Shown here piece after piece: positions 47,362-61,163 of a stretch of 64,000 nucleotides of DNA. Location: assembly GCF_009834535.1 (NCBI RefSeq), contig NC_045697.1, positions 76,696,001 through 76,760,000 of the forward strand, in the 5' to 3' direction. Origin of the DNA: Camelus ferus (lineage: Eukaryota). The notes beneath the pieces are model-generated. The model was not told the DNA's origin, did not search any database, and was given only the letters and a program-made list of their open reading frames with translations. The first letter of the stretch is position 1. Every line of letters begins with the position of its first letter. A program made the position numbers and the translations under genes.

Positions 47362-50139
47362 TTCAAATTTACTTTAAAACATTTTATAGTCCAAATGAAA
47401 ATACATTTGAGGGGACAATTTGGCCCACAGGGCCCCAGGTAAAGATCTCTGATCTAGCGCTTCTGAATGCTGAACTAGAAACAAGATAAGTGTGGAAGGG
47501 CTTTGCTTCGGAAAGGAAGTCATGCAGTTAGTTCATTGCAGGAAGTTTATTTTGTTGCCGTAACATTTGAAAAAAAGGGCTACAAGTTCTCATTGCATCA
47601 ATCACCTGTTGTAATTCAGACCACTGGTTCTTCAATCATAAAACCTTCAAAATACAATTGTTATACAGGACTTCCAGAGGGAAGGACAGAACAGGGTGTA
47701 ATTCCTTCTTGAAAAGGAAGTACTCCATCCCATAGTGATGCATCCGTTCGGGAGAGTCCCATGATTTGAGCCCCTAATGAAAGAGGCTGTTGTAATCTAT
47801 GTCAGAATTATGGCTTCTTTGGGAATCTCAGAACAGAATTTCCTGACTTCTGTACAATTAAATCTAAACTTTATAATGATATGGATATTAGAAATCATAA
47901 TATGAACTTTCTACTTTTTGGTTTTCATTTCCTGGCTGTGGTTGGTGATGATGTTATTGAATGAAATGCGATACATTTTTAATATTAAGTTGTAACATAC
48001 TAGGATGTTTATTATATTTACCCTTTAAAAGTGATATTCATTTGCACATCTAATTTACCTGAAATAACTACACTGATGAAATTCAGACTCTTTTTTTATA
48101 TCAAATTGCCCTTTATACCTCCCAATTTCAAATAATTAGTTGATAATAAGCCAATCAGAAATGTTAAGAGTAAATATTAACTTGTCTTGGACAGTTACTG
48201 AAAATGAGAGCTCAAAATAAGCTGTAATTAAAATTTCTGGTAGGATCAATTCTCTCTTTATTTAAGTGTACTTAGTATTCCATGTATCAGAGGAACTTGC
48301 CACATATAACAAAAGCAAGATTTTTTCTTTCTATGATTCTAAGAATTAACTCAAAGTGTTACATTGTCCTTTAACTTAGTAAATATTAAATAAAATGTTT
48401 GCCTTATTTATTAGAAAATAATAGTAAAAAAGAGAGAACAGTGAATAACTGTATTCTGTGTTTGAACCCATGAAATGATGGTATTATACATAAGCAAAAT
48501 CAAGAAAAAATATTTCTCTGATGTCTTACAAGATAAAAGTAATAGTCCAGTTTCCAAAATAAAAACAGTTTTATTTTTAATTCAGTGGGTCTCCAATTTC
48601 AGTACCCATAAAGAATAAAGTTTAGATTTTAAAAACCAGGGAGCATCTGGTATACTCAGATAAGTAACCAGTTCTACCACCTCATCAGCCTCAACTTTTA
48701 TGATTCCCATATGTGACTAAAAAATTACAAGATGTATGCCTATCATATCATTATTGAAATTGAATTACTTAGTTACTCATAAGGCACTGTCAGCTCTTCT
48801 CCTCGTGTGCTATGGAGTATCAGCAATTATGGAACAAAAAGTGAAGAGGAATAATATACCATTTTCCAGCTTTGGGATGAAGCTTCGCAACATTACCTAC
48901 AGTTGAGATGAAGCTTCCTAAATATTAACAGTACGACTGTCCATGTTTCTTAACTTGTGAAACGTTTGGAAAAATTGTTAAATGTTGGGAAAATGCCATG
49001 AAACAAATATGACTAAGAAAAAAATTATTTTCAAAGAAATTGCTCGAGTTGACTTTTGTATAAGGACTCATTAACAAATTTGTGAATTATTAGGGCCTTA
49101 ATTTCCCTTCTACTCTCCTATTTTTTGCAGGATTTCCTTTGTTTTGACTATCATACCTAAGTGTAAGGAAGGGAAGGAAAAAGGACATGACAGTTAAAGT
49201 AAGGATTAACATAGAAGAGTGGCCTGGAACAGTAAGGTCTGTGTCAGGAATACTAAGGCCACCTTGGGGTCTCGGGGAAAACACGAAGGCCAAGAAGAGC
49301 ATTTGCTGTTAGAATCAGAAAGAGAAGAATAAAAGAATAGGCCTTCCTCCCCGCTTCGGTCAGCTGAGAGTACAGTGTTAATAACTGACAGAAGAAGTCA
49401 ACAGCAGCCAGTTCCTATTTAGTTTCTAATTAATTCTCTGTCAAACAAAACAAACATAAATATTTGGATTAAAAATGGCACAAACATTAGTATAAAATGC
49501 CAAGGGAAGAGACTATAAGTGAAAACTTATCTTAAGTTTTAGATAAATTAGTTTGAAGAAATGACTTTCAAAATACTGAGCATCTAAGTTAGAAGAAATA
49601 GTTTCAAAATACTAAGCATTTGACAAAAAAATTTACCAAACCATTCAGATTGTTTTTCAGAAACTGTAGAAAGCAAGAGAAATAATAAAAGGAAAAAAAC
49701 AAAAGAGAAGGCTAATCTTGCAAAATATGGACAATTTGGTAGAATTTTATTGATTTAAGAGTAGAAAAGATTATTAAAAGGTTTGTTAGTGAAAATTTAG
49801 AAAAGTGCAGTTTAAAAATACAATCTTACTGCCTTTTTAAAAAGGGTTATTAGCAGATGGATGTACATATATAACTGGATATCAGCAAGAGGTATGTCAA
49901 TCTTATATTATTCTTAGATACCAAATTGAGAAATAGGAACTGAAAGCTAATAAAAGGGGATTTATAACTGGTTGAACAATTTACCTTAGTAATACTGCTT
50001 AACTGGTCCTACAATTCACGTTCAGTTTTATTCCACTCAACATTGTATCATGGTTTGAATTAGTTTTCTCAAACTTTGGGTCTGAGAATGGTTTCTCCTG
50101 ATGTGTGTATATGTTTCTATACTATGGCTCAAATCTTTA

Positions 50140-51120
50140 GAAAATGGGACAGAAGAGAGATGTAATAATTGCTGGGTGGCAAAATCAGACTCCAGAGAGG
50201 CTCTCAACAGGATGGAGTATAGTAATAATGTGGGAATAAAAGTAAAGGCCAGTGTTTGAATCCAATAAACAAGCCATCTAGATACACAACTGAGGAGCTA
50301 AGGGCTAGTAACAATGGGAAAAAAAGACTTCAGAATTTAAGTTGATAATAAACGCATGACATGATTGCCAATGTGGTTTAAAGCTAATCTAATTCCAGGC
50401 AATATTAACATAAACAGAAGCATAAGCAGTTAGGTTCTGTCTCACTTAGGCCAGCCTACACCTGAATTAATATGTTTAATTTCTGAGAGTTACCCTTTAA
50501 GGAGGACATAGATAGAAACATACATAGAGGACAACCAGGAGAGAACGAAGATACAAAAGTGTCACTTGAAGAGGGAGGGTAATAGCTCAGTGGTAGAGCA
50601 CATGTTTAGCATGGTTCAATCCCCAGTACTTCCATCAAAAAAAAACCAAGTGTCACACGTGGAATGGATGAAGGAGCTGGGGTGGGAGCGGGAGGAAGTG
50701 AGCTGGGATGGGAGAGCTAATTTGAAGAGGCTAGAACTGCCTGGGAGCATTACCACCACCACCATCACAGGGAGTGTCCAGGCTTACGCTGTACCATTGC
50801 TTGTTGAGGGAAGTAAGTTTTGGACAAGCAGGGCTTTAGGGTTCATTCCAACCCTGAACCTCATTCAGTGTTTCTATAAAATTATGAAAGGGTTGTCATG
50901 TGGAAGAGGAATGGACTAAGACTGAATGACAGGAAGTAGAGAACAGCAGGTGTTAATTCAAAAGAAGGAACAATAAATATTTGTTGAATGAATGAGTGAT
51001 TATATTACTTTGTAATATTTAGAACTGTCCATAATTAGAATAGTCTGCTTTTCAAGAGAGTGAGTTCCTTGCCACCAAAGGTGTTTGAACAAAACTCAGG
51101 AACCATGAACTTAGGATACC
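50140..51120 (+). mobile_element. L3/CR1 LINE remnants (degraded, interrupted)
   Basis: CR1-like motifs: ctttaaggaggacataga; ggaatggatgaaggagctgggg; gtgagttccttgcca..aaggtgtttgaaca. Confidence 0.6.
50571..50645 (+). mobile_element. tRNA-derived SINE, short form with an internal deletion
   Basis: gagggagggtaatagctcagtggtagagcacatgtttagcatggttcaatccccagtac, then an A-tail. TSD aagtgtcac at 50557-50565 and 50648-50656. Confidence 0.9.
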
Positions 51121-52504
51121 CTGAATGAGTTTTTAGTCAACTGGCTGGCTATAAAATGGGTTTATTTTGCAGTTATAAGAGAAAATTTAATAGAGCAGTA
51201 AGTGAATTTCTCTTACCCATATCATCTCCTCCCTCACCACCCTTTTAGAATAGGACAATCAAGATTTATCAGAAACCCTTTCTGACATTGCCAAAAGATT
51301 TTATAATTCTAATGAAAAGTTAATTTTTCACTCCTATATTATCCAACAGCTAAAAACACTATAAGAAAAAAAATGTTTCCAATGCATACAACTCTTTTGC
51401 ATAAAAGGAAATATGATCTACTTTATGGGATCCTTTTTATGATAAATTTTTTTTAATTCTTTGAACCACACCCTCAAATTCTGTATTTGTTACACTCAGA
51501 GAAATCAGTTTTCAATTTATTTTTACATCAAGGAGGATACAGAGAACAAAGGATCAAATAATACTGACTCAAATTAATTCTTTTTCTTAAGATATGTCAG
51601 CATAACTATAAAGGACAAATCCAAACAATTTGTTAACTTATTTTTTTTATTGGTGCTCCATAAGGGCAATTTCCTTAGAAAGGTTTATAAGGGGAGATGT
51701 TTCCATTAATCTAACCATACAACCAGAACAACAAAAACCCAGAAGAAATACAGAGTGCCTTAAAGTATGAATGTTTCTAGAAGTATACTGACTAGTATTA
51801 TAAAGGAAATTATTTGGGTTCAATAAAAACATATGGAACTAAATTTGTATTATGATTCTAAATATCTATGAACTTTGGCTATAACCTGTATAGATGTCTA
51901 AGCTAGATCATCTTAATTAATAAACCAACATACTACATGCTTTTAAGAAAAACCTAGAGGAAATTCTGAAATTAGGGGCTATATTTTTCCTCAAAGGAGT
52001 GACTCTGAAGAGCAAGACTTTAACAAGCCTTCAATGTCTGTGCTGTTTCTAATTTTAAACATATATAACTAAAGGGCTAAAATGTATCTTTTAAATATTA
52101 TTTGCATGTTATTGAATTGCTATTCTATTCTATATACAATGGGGTAACTTTTCAAAAATTCTGTTATTTACAATTCATATTTCATAAAAATAGCATCAAT
52201 TATATTGACATCTTGATATAAAACTATCAAGTTTGAACTAGTCCTAATTTATCCTTTGAACAGACTTGGTGTACTAATAAAAAAAAATCCTACAATACCA
52301 CAGATTGACAATCACCAGTGCAAGAAGAATTCTATGTAATTTTAAAACAAATTATATGTAAATTAAATTAAAGGCAATAATCTAGTCTTCTTCCTAGAAG
52401 ATAAATGATTTGTCATTGTTGTTTTGTTACCTGGGTCCGCATATTTTGATGGACTTTGTCATCATAATATCAGAAGCAAAATTATCTTAATCTCTGTAAT
52501 TCAC

Positions 52505-52822
52505 ACACTGGAAACTCCAGTGCTGACAGGGACTGTGCACTTATGTAAATAACTGAAGTGGGCTGCGGGGGGTCACTGTGTGTAATGTGGAATGTATGCC
52601 CCATCTAAAGCAGATAGATTCCATCCATCTTCAGTCAACTGAAATTATAAAGAATATGTACCCAATGGTGTCAGGGCCTCTGATTTTCCAAGAGGAACTA
52701 AAAAAATAAGATTTTGTATGAAACTGCCCAATATTAAAGTATTAGCAAGTAATTTGGTTGAGCCAAATAAAATGTGTCTACTATTGGAATCTGTCCACAG
52801 GCTACCAGTTTGTAGCTTCAAA
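52505..52822 (+). mobile_element. MER102-like hAT-Charlie element
   Basis: ctgattttccaagagga...gattttgtatgaaa...gagccaaataaaatgtgtct...aggctaccagtttg. Confidence 0.7.
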
Positions 52823-55800
52823 TTTGCCTTGTGAGAATTATTGATTCAAACAAAACAGAGAAGGAAGACTGTACAAAATAGTGTATGACATTTCAAAAAT
52901 AAGGAAAAATTAAGACATTGACTTCCTTTCCCCAGCTACAAGCGAGGGAGTTATTCTCTACCCTCAACAGAAATCCCACATAAGTTGTGACAGTTTCTCA
53001 AACTACAGGCCTGTTGGCACATGCCATTTGACACATTCTAAAAATCTTGAGTTATTATAACAGTTACTATATAAAATTCTGGGTAGATACCATGACTCAA
53101 ACTTTGCATTCTTCTCTGACACATTTTATTAGAACGACAGGGCTCCAAAGTGTAAGTAATAACAAAGACCAGTATAGAGTTACAGCATTAATATTCAACA
53201 TTGTACTGGTGACATAGAAAGCTTTTCCCATTTCGATTTTGTTTGACTTTTCTGCCTAAAAGTGTAAAATGAAAGCTGAAGTTGTAAATCCCTACATTAA
53301 TTTTCTGAACAAATCCAAAATGTCTAATAGATCTCTGAATACTCCCTTCTTCCTGTTACTCCTCAAAATTCATTTCCTTTTACAATATTATTGAATAATT
53401 GTGAGTGACTATGAAACAAAAGGTTATGAGACTGAAAAGTAATTTTATAATGAGCCAAAAAGTAACAAAAATGGTTTTATAATGTTATACTCTAGAATTT
53501 CCTAACACTAAAGATTCTTTAGAAACTTCACTTTGTCAAAGTAGGAATAATTTATGTTTATCTATGCCAAAAATGACAGTAGTGTGTGTAAGAGGTGAAG
53601 TTCTTAATTTAAACACAGTAGTTACCTACTTGGCAGAGAAAAAATAACATGTTATAAAAAAAGGTTAAGTATTCCTTACTATTACTTTCATTATCAAGCT
53701 TATTGTGATTGTCATAGAGATTATAAATTCTTTAAACAAGACATAATATCAAAGAAATTAAAAATAATAAAAATGGTCAAATTATAGCTAGCAGTTTTTG
53801 GCCAGATGATGTGTCCCATGCTGTGCTAATCATCAGCCTTGCTAATGAAGACAAAAGAGTTTCCGATTTTCAAAACATCTGATGAAACTATGTTAATGAT
53901 TTACAATCTTTCCAGCATTTACCTTCTCAAAGAACTTATCTCAGTAGGATAAGAGTAAATTAAAAGTAAGAAAGAATCAAGGCTGAAAAGTTACAAGGTG
54001 CTGCTATGACTTATCTTAAATGCCAGGAACATGTTCGAGTCCCTTCCATATGGAAAAGTTTATAATCCGAAAAGAAAATTCTGGTGCTGGCATTCTAGAA
54101 ACTTCTGGCTTCCTCAGCCACTAAGAAATATAAAGAAATAAGATAGCTAGTAAGTGGTAATGAGTTCTAAACTAGGTCTCAAACTTTTCTCTGATATTCA
54201 AGTTGAGACAAGTATTTGCCCCTCAAAGGTGATTGTTGAAAAGCTTACTCAGTAAGTCAGAGCCAATCTGATATGATAGTCAAGGACCGTCACCGTGATC
54301 ATTTCCATCTAACTTTGCTAAGGAACATTGAAAATGGTGTTCCCTGCAGGCAAAGTCATACACAAAGAAAAATTAAGCACTAAATTTTTAAAAGTTAATC
54401 CCTATTCTCTTTAAACAATTCTGAAATTCCGTACTGAACACAAAAATGCTTTTTAAATGAACAGTTAAGGAAGATATGTCAACTTTATCCCCCTCCCAAA
54501 ACTTAACAAATTGCTTTGAATATTTACCCATCTTTTCTTAATAGGAGGCAGAGTATAAACAAGAGAAGGTTGGTTCACGTTGGAACCTGTTTAGGTCTTG
54601 TAGACATGAATACTAATCTATACCTATGGAGAACTCTTTCATTAAGACAGTATACAGAGTGTAATTGTAAGCCAACATCCACACACATATGTGTATATAT
54701 CTATCTCTAGAGATAGAATAATTCCTGTTGAGGAGAATGGTATATGTACTAACATCTACATACAGAATGATATACTGTATAATATTTTCAGCAATTGTTT
54801 GTGAAAAAAGCAAGTGTTTGATGTGAGAAACCACTTGTAAATCTGGAAAAAGACAAAACAACACAACCCATGTAACTTAGAACTAGGTGTGTTTTGGAAG
54901 ACTCTCTGGTGTGTTCTGGGTTTCGGCATAGCTCCTTCAGTCACATCCTGCATTCCGTACTTTCTACTTCACCAGTGAAAGAACTTCCTTTTAGCAATCC
55001 AGACATCTCACATGGTGATGTCCTCCTCTAAGTCACGATGGGGTCAAGACTTGGGTGTGATATTTCAAAGTTGGGCCACAATTTCAATAGTCTAGAAAAA
55101 TAGATTAACTCAACTTCTAAAAATAAGCCTGATGAAAGGTCCAAAGAATAAAGCTATTTTAAAAAACAATTGAACATATTCTTAATTAAAAATCTGGTGG
55201 TGTCTCCCGTAGCCTTTTTTCTCACCTGCCAATAAACTTGAAATATTCAGGCTGATGTGTTCTTTTGAAGACATGGTGAATGAGGCAAGAATTGCCACCT
55301 GTTGTCCCCTTGTACTTCCTAGGGTTATACTTAGTTCCTGCTAGTTCACATCACATCACATCACATAGGCTTCGAGCCAGAACAGCAGTGACACTCTGCA
55401 GCGTCAATTTCTCTCTCCTCTTGCTTACTCACCACCATTTCCCTAACTTAATTCTTGATTCTAAAGAATTCCTTCAGGCCTATAGCTAACTATAGTTTCT
55501 GTCATAGCAAGAGAGCCTGATGCTCCTAGTTCTTTGGTATTTTGAGTGCCTTCATTGGAGGGTTTTGATATCATCTTCTCTGTCACTTGGACTTCTTTTT
55601 TTTTTTCTTATCAACAGATTCATACTGAACTACAAGGTAATAAAATATGGTAAGAATGCCCAGAAGTTTCCTTGGTATGTGGAATATAAAAACAATAGTG
55701 CTGCATTGTTATTATTAGTATTATCATTCAAAAGTCTACTTGTGCTAGTAAAATAATAGTGGTCAGCAAGGGTTCCTCTGAATACCAACATTTTTCAGAC

Positions 55801-58800
55801 AAAATTTAACTAACTTCTAAGGAATGAAAATCAAAGCTTCCTGACTCCCTCCAAAGCTGCTTTAGAACAGCATGTGAAGTAGGACGGTGCCACTGACGTC
55901 TTTCTCCTACAAAGCCAGTCCTGTTTGCCACTTGTGATTTACAGGCTCTGTCTGCTACAAGGAACTGCTGGACACATTAGTGCAGGTATGCTTATGAAAG
56001 GATGCTGCTGTCTGGCACTAAATGACTTTCCAGAGACCCATATCATTCAGACCTGCAGGAACTGTTCTCCCAGAGCATGATCTGTCAATGCATAAGCCAT
56101 TATTCCACTCATTCTAAAGGGATGAATCAAAAATCCAGTCTTGCATTCTAGTCCCTTCTGCAAATCCTGATGTACCATTAAAAATCTGCTGTTTCATACT
56201 TTCTTGATTCCTATTTGGTTAATCCACCTCATTAACATTTTGTTGCAACTATAATTCTGCATTTGGGAGTGATAGAAAAAGAATGGTGGTAATTGTGTTG
56301 GATTTTGTTGGCATAAATTGCATAGAAATTGCTGTATTTCCTATTAGCAGTATGCTCATTATTTATAGATATTACCAACTATAGGATGTTGGATTTTTTT
56401 GAGGCATTTCAAATACAGATTTTAATATATTCACTTAAAGGCTTATTTCCTCTTTCTTATATAAAGTCACCAACCCCACATCTGTCTTTCCCTCCACATT
56501 TTATTATACGTTTCAGTTGCAGGCAAAAATGCAAATCATAGCTCCACATCATATGGATTAATAAACCTAACTGAATTCATGCGTAAACTATCTTGTTTAA
56601 GTATGAGACAAGAGAATAAAATTGTCTGTATAGCTTTGTGTTTGAGAAAAGATCATTATTTTACTAAGGAATTATTTATTTAGAAAACATTTCACAGATA
56701 GTAGCACTTGCAAAATTCAAACAGAAATATAAATGGAGTAATATTAAATATATATACATATTTTACCTAAAATCTTTCATTCCACTCATTTTCAAGAAAA
56801 ATATGAAATGGTGTACATTAGCCTGAAAAAACTATAAGGTATATATCCAGATATATAAATCACACACAAAAAAGTGAAATAAGTAAAAAGAACAGTGTAA
56901 TTGAAATGAGAAATGAGTACAAAAGTGTGGACAAATGAAATCTTTCCCTTATTTCATAAAATATAATGAGTAGCTATTTTTAACATGAAGGTCAGTCCAT
57001 TAAAAAGATTAAAAGGAAATCCAGCCACTATTTAAACTAGCTGGCATCATTCTCCAGAATTCTTTGTCAGAGGATATGGTTGGGGTTGGATCTTGGTTTT
57101 ATTTTAATATATCTAAGGTCATTAATAGAATTTTCAGTTGAGGGTTCAAATTTCAGGCTTCTGCCTATTGTGTGTGTGTTTTTCTTTTTTAAATATAAGG
57201 GTTTTGTGAAATGTTCACTCTAACTTCCAAATACTTTGTATAAAAGCTTATCCTGCTGGATTACTATATGTGTAGATTCCCTTATATAATACTTTACATT
57301 AGACAAAAATGTCAAGATTTAAAGTGATGTAAAATAGGTAGAGTCACTTCCTCAACTTTTTGTAATATCTCTTTTTCTTTTCCTTACTGGGTTCATCTAT
57401 ACAACCAATAATTGAGATATAATTTGCAACACCGAATTCCAAGGGAAGTATTGTCTACACATCAATGGTTGTTTGCAAAAATAAACTATTTTTAAAATTA
57501 ACCCACATTAGGACAAATTTATAAATGCTCCTGACTCTTAGTGGTTTGAAGTATGACAGAACACTCAAAAGAGAATGTTGATTATGAACTATAACAAGAA
57601 CATTTGCAAATTTTAACGAGCTTGCTGTTTCCATGCCAACTTCTGCTGAATCTGGAAATCATTAAAATAATTTTCTCACAATTTAGTTCTTTCCATTGTG
57701 TTATAGCCATTCCCTTTTCACAGGCAATACATTCAGCACCAAATGAGTAGTGTATTCATTAGGGCTAAAGAGAAAGGCAAGGGTTAAGTAAATAAGAACA
57801 TCAAATTAATATCCAGACCTAAATGCTTTAGCAGAGCCAAAGAATCTGTTTAATCATTCAAGTCAACAAAGGTTAAGATAATAAAATAAACTTCTAAATG
57901 CTTTCCTTTTCTGGAACTTAATCTGTCTTGCCGAAGATGTTTTTAAGATGCTATCAGTTTTGGATAGTCCCAGCTGTTATGAAAATTTACTTGCATATAC
58001 TGGAAAGAGAAAAGAATTTTATGAAAGTATTTAAGCAGAGCTCCTGGGTGGCTTACTGAAACTGTGAGAGCTCAGGACTCATTTAAAACCAGCTGTTGTC
58101 TGATGATGTTGAGACCAATAACCACTAAATCTTTTATCAGGCCTCTGTGTTATTTGGCAAGGTGATGGTAGCCAACTGATTAGAGATTAATTTATGGTCA
58201 GAAGATAACTTCATGATGTTTGTTCATCTTATTGCCTAAGTTTGATTAACAAATTTACCACAATTTCTGAACAACATGATATTCTAATTTAAAAAGACAG
58301 TATTAAACATGAAAATAGCTTTGCTTATTTTTAAGGCTATGTTTTTAAGTCACTAGGATAGAGAAAAGAAATCTTAGCCATTAACATCAAAGCCCAGGGC
58401 TGTGGTTCATGATGAGAGCAGAGGCCCTTATGAACTAGGCAACAAGTCCTCTTTCATTAAGAAGAGAGTGGTCGTAGCAATGGGTGCAGATGACAATGGG
58501 AAAATCCTGAAAAGTTCTGAGTGGTTTACACTTGACATTCTGGTTCTGCTACGAATCAAGAAATGTACTTCAATCTTTTGCAATGAGAAGCTCAGAATAA
58601 ATGTAAAATCAACAAAATACCTTGTAGACCATGTAAATGACAGCATTATGAACAGCAGAAAACAGACTTTATTCATCTGATTATCCTAAAGAAAAAAATC
58701 ACTAATAGCAAATATACCAGGATCTTGATATTTTACACTTTTCAAATTGGTGCCCTTGAGGGGAAACATGAAACTGTATTATAACAAGCTAATCAGGTGT

Positions 58801-59014
58801 TCTGATGTGCCTTGGACAAGAATCAGCATTGCCCTGTCTCCCTACGCTCCATGTAGAGAGGTTCTAGGGTGTTACTAACCAGTATTCATCCATTCTTTTG
58901 TTTGCTGGAGGGTTGACAGTGCATGAATTGTAAAGACTATGACTTTCATGATTGCAAGGAAAATGATTCACCTATTTTTGTTTGTGCTCCTCAGACTTTC
59001 CAAGCTGATTCAGA

Positions 59015-59990
59015 GGCACAGAATCTTAAAGTTGAGAAGGGTCCTACCAGCCATCTGGAGGCAGCCTGGCATTGTGGAAAGAGGGCAGCTTGACATTTGT
59101 GCTTGAGTCCCAGCATTGTCTTTTGGTAAATGTGTGTGAAAGAACTAGAATAAGTTACTTAACCTGCATGACCTCAATCCTCATCAGAAAAAAAAATTGG
59201 TCATGTTAGAATGTGTGGTACTATCTCATTTTTGAGTTACTTTTGAGGATAAAAGAGGGAGCCCATGGGAAATGTAATTTGTAAGTACTGAGGCTCAAAT
59301 CTTGGCTCTGCCACTGACTGGCTGTTTTTTGGACAAAATATTTAAATTTCTTAAATCTTGGTTTCCTCATCTATTAAATGGAAATAATAAAAGTATCTAT
59401 TTCATAGAGCTATTGAAATAATACACCTCTTCATAGAGTGGCTGGAGTTCATATTTAAGGACTCACAAAGAATTATTTATTGCTATTATTGATGTTATAA
59501 ACTGAGCCATGGAAATTTTGGTAACCTCTTGTGTTCCACAGTGAGGTTGATGACTATACTAACTACCTTACTGATAGAGAAGCAGCATGATCCCCTGGGA
59601 GAAGCACAAACCAGAGGCTGAGAGAGCTGGGCTTGAATCCCATTCTACCACTTAACAACTTAGGTGAACTTGGGCAAGTTACTTTACTCCAGATTCTTCA
59701 TGTGAAACTTGAGAAGAATAACTAGTTATGATCTATTGAGGGCTTATCACAGATTTTTCATGCATTATTTTATTTAATCCTTCTCATAACCATAAAGACA
59801 GAGAATGACAGAGTTAGAATTTGATCCCTGTCCAGCCTGACCCCAGCCCATGTGGATATAATCATCTCACTCTATTGCATTCACTTTTCCTATTTTTCTT
59901 CCCTAATAAGCTACTTTGCTCAACTGTTGTAAGGCTTACGGATGATGTGGGTAACTTACCTAGAAAGATGTTCTGCAAGTTGTAAGACTC
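59015..59990. mobile_element. Cluster of MIR fragments in both orientations
   Basis: For example aatcttggctctgccactgactggctg...gtttcctcatctattaaatggaaataata; ttgggcaagttactt; tttaatccttctcataacc. Confidence 0.75.
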
Positions 59991-60539
59991 TCAGTAATTA
60001 GTAATTATAATTATTTTGTGAGGTATTGCTTCTCAGTCCAACTTTTGTTCAGCCTAGGAATCCCCCTACAACTCCCTTACGGCGGGTCTCCAATCTCTGC
60101 TTGAATACAGAGTAAAGCCTTAGCCTCAAAATTCTGAAATACAAATCTATGAGGATGAAATGAGAAAACATGGTAACTGACAGCACAGAAAAAGCACCCT
60201 CCTGACCATACAGCCAAAAGGCCGAACTGCTGAAGTGCAGTGTTTGATGGCAAAAACGAATCGAAGATTAATGGCAAATCTGTAACGACGTCTCCCTAAG
60301 AATCAAGGACAGAAGTGCAATTCTCATGTCAGGATGCATTCATCTACAGAACTCTAACACTCAGTGTCTTGTAGAATAAAAGCAAATGATATCTATGGTT
60401 GTTATATTATACCTAAAATTGTAGGCTTGAAATTGGTTCAATGTATACTGACAGAAAGCTCATGCCAAAAAAGTTAGCCATTTCTTCTGCATTAAATCAT
60501 ATGCCATCAACAATATTCAAAGATAGTCAACTTTCCTAT

Positions 60540-61160
60540 TATTTACATTTTAACTTCTTGCCATCTGACTTGCACTCTCACGGCTGAACACAATGCATCC
60601 CTTAATATCCCAAGACTCCAGAACATCAAATCCAAGAGCTTTTTATAGGTCCCATCCCTGTGAATTTCTTTTTATTAAGAACATTTTGTTGACCACCCTC
60701 ACTTTTTTTTCAGTTGATCTGCTTTATTGTTCAAACATGGCAGTGTCCTGTTTTTTACTTTGAATGCTCACTCTCTTTTCTGACTCTCCTTTTCATCCTA
60801 CTCCCTAAATGTGGATATTTCTAAAGTGGTTCTATCTTCACTCTTTCACCCTCCATTCTTCTACTCCTATGGTTTCAATTCGTACTCTGTGACAGTTCAG
60901 CTATGTAACTGTTACCTCCAGGTGTGACACCACCTCAGAATTCTAGTCTCGGGTTTCCAACTGTCTGCTTCGTTAATCCAATGCAATAATTCATCAAGAT
61001 CACAAATTCAACTTAACTAAAATTCAACTTATCATTTATCTTTCTAACTCTCTTCTAACCAATAAATAATCAAGCCAGAAATCTCACCTCTATCTTCTTT
61101 TTCGACTTCAGCCCCTACATCCAAATAGCTATAAGACTTGTATTGAATTTTCATCTCAGT
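60540..61160 (+). mobile_element. L2 internal fragment
   Basis: Pyrimidine-rich L2-like text: tgttgaccaccctc...cctaaatgtgg...tttccaactgtctgct...caagccagaaatct. Confidence 0.6.
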
Positions 61161-61163
61161 ATC

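Larger units (their letters stand above)
47020..47455 (+). mobile_element. MER102-like hAT-Charlie element hosting a microsatellite and a SINE
   Basis: caagagaagccagaaatctga ... tttggcccacagggccccagg...ctctg. Confidence 0.6.
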
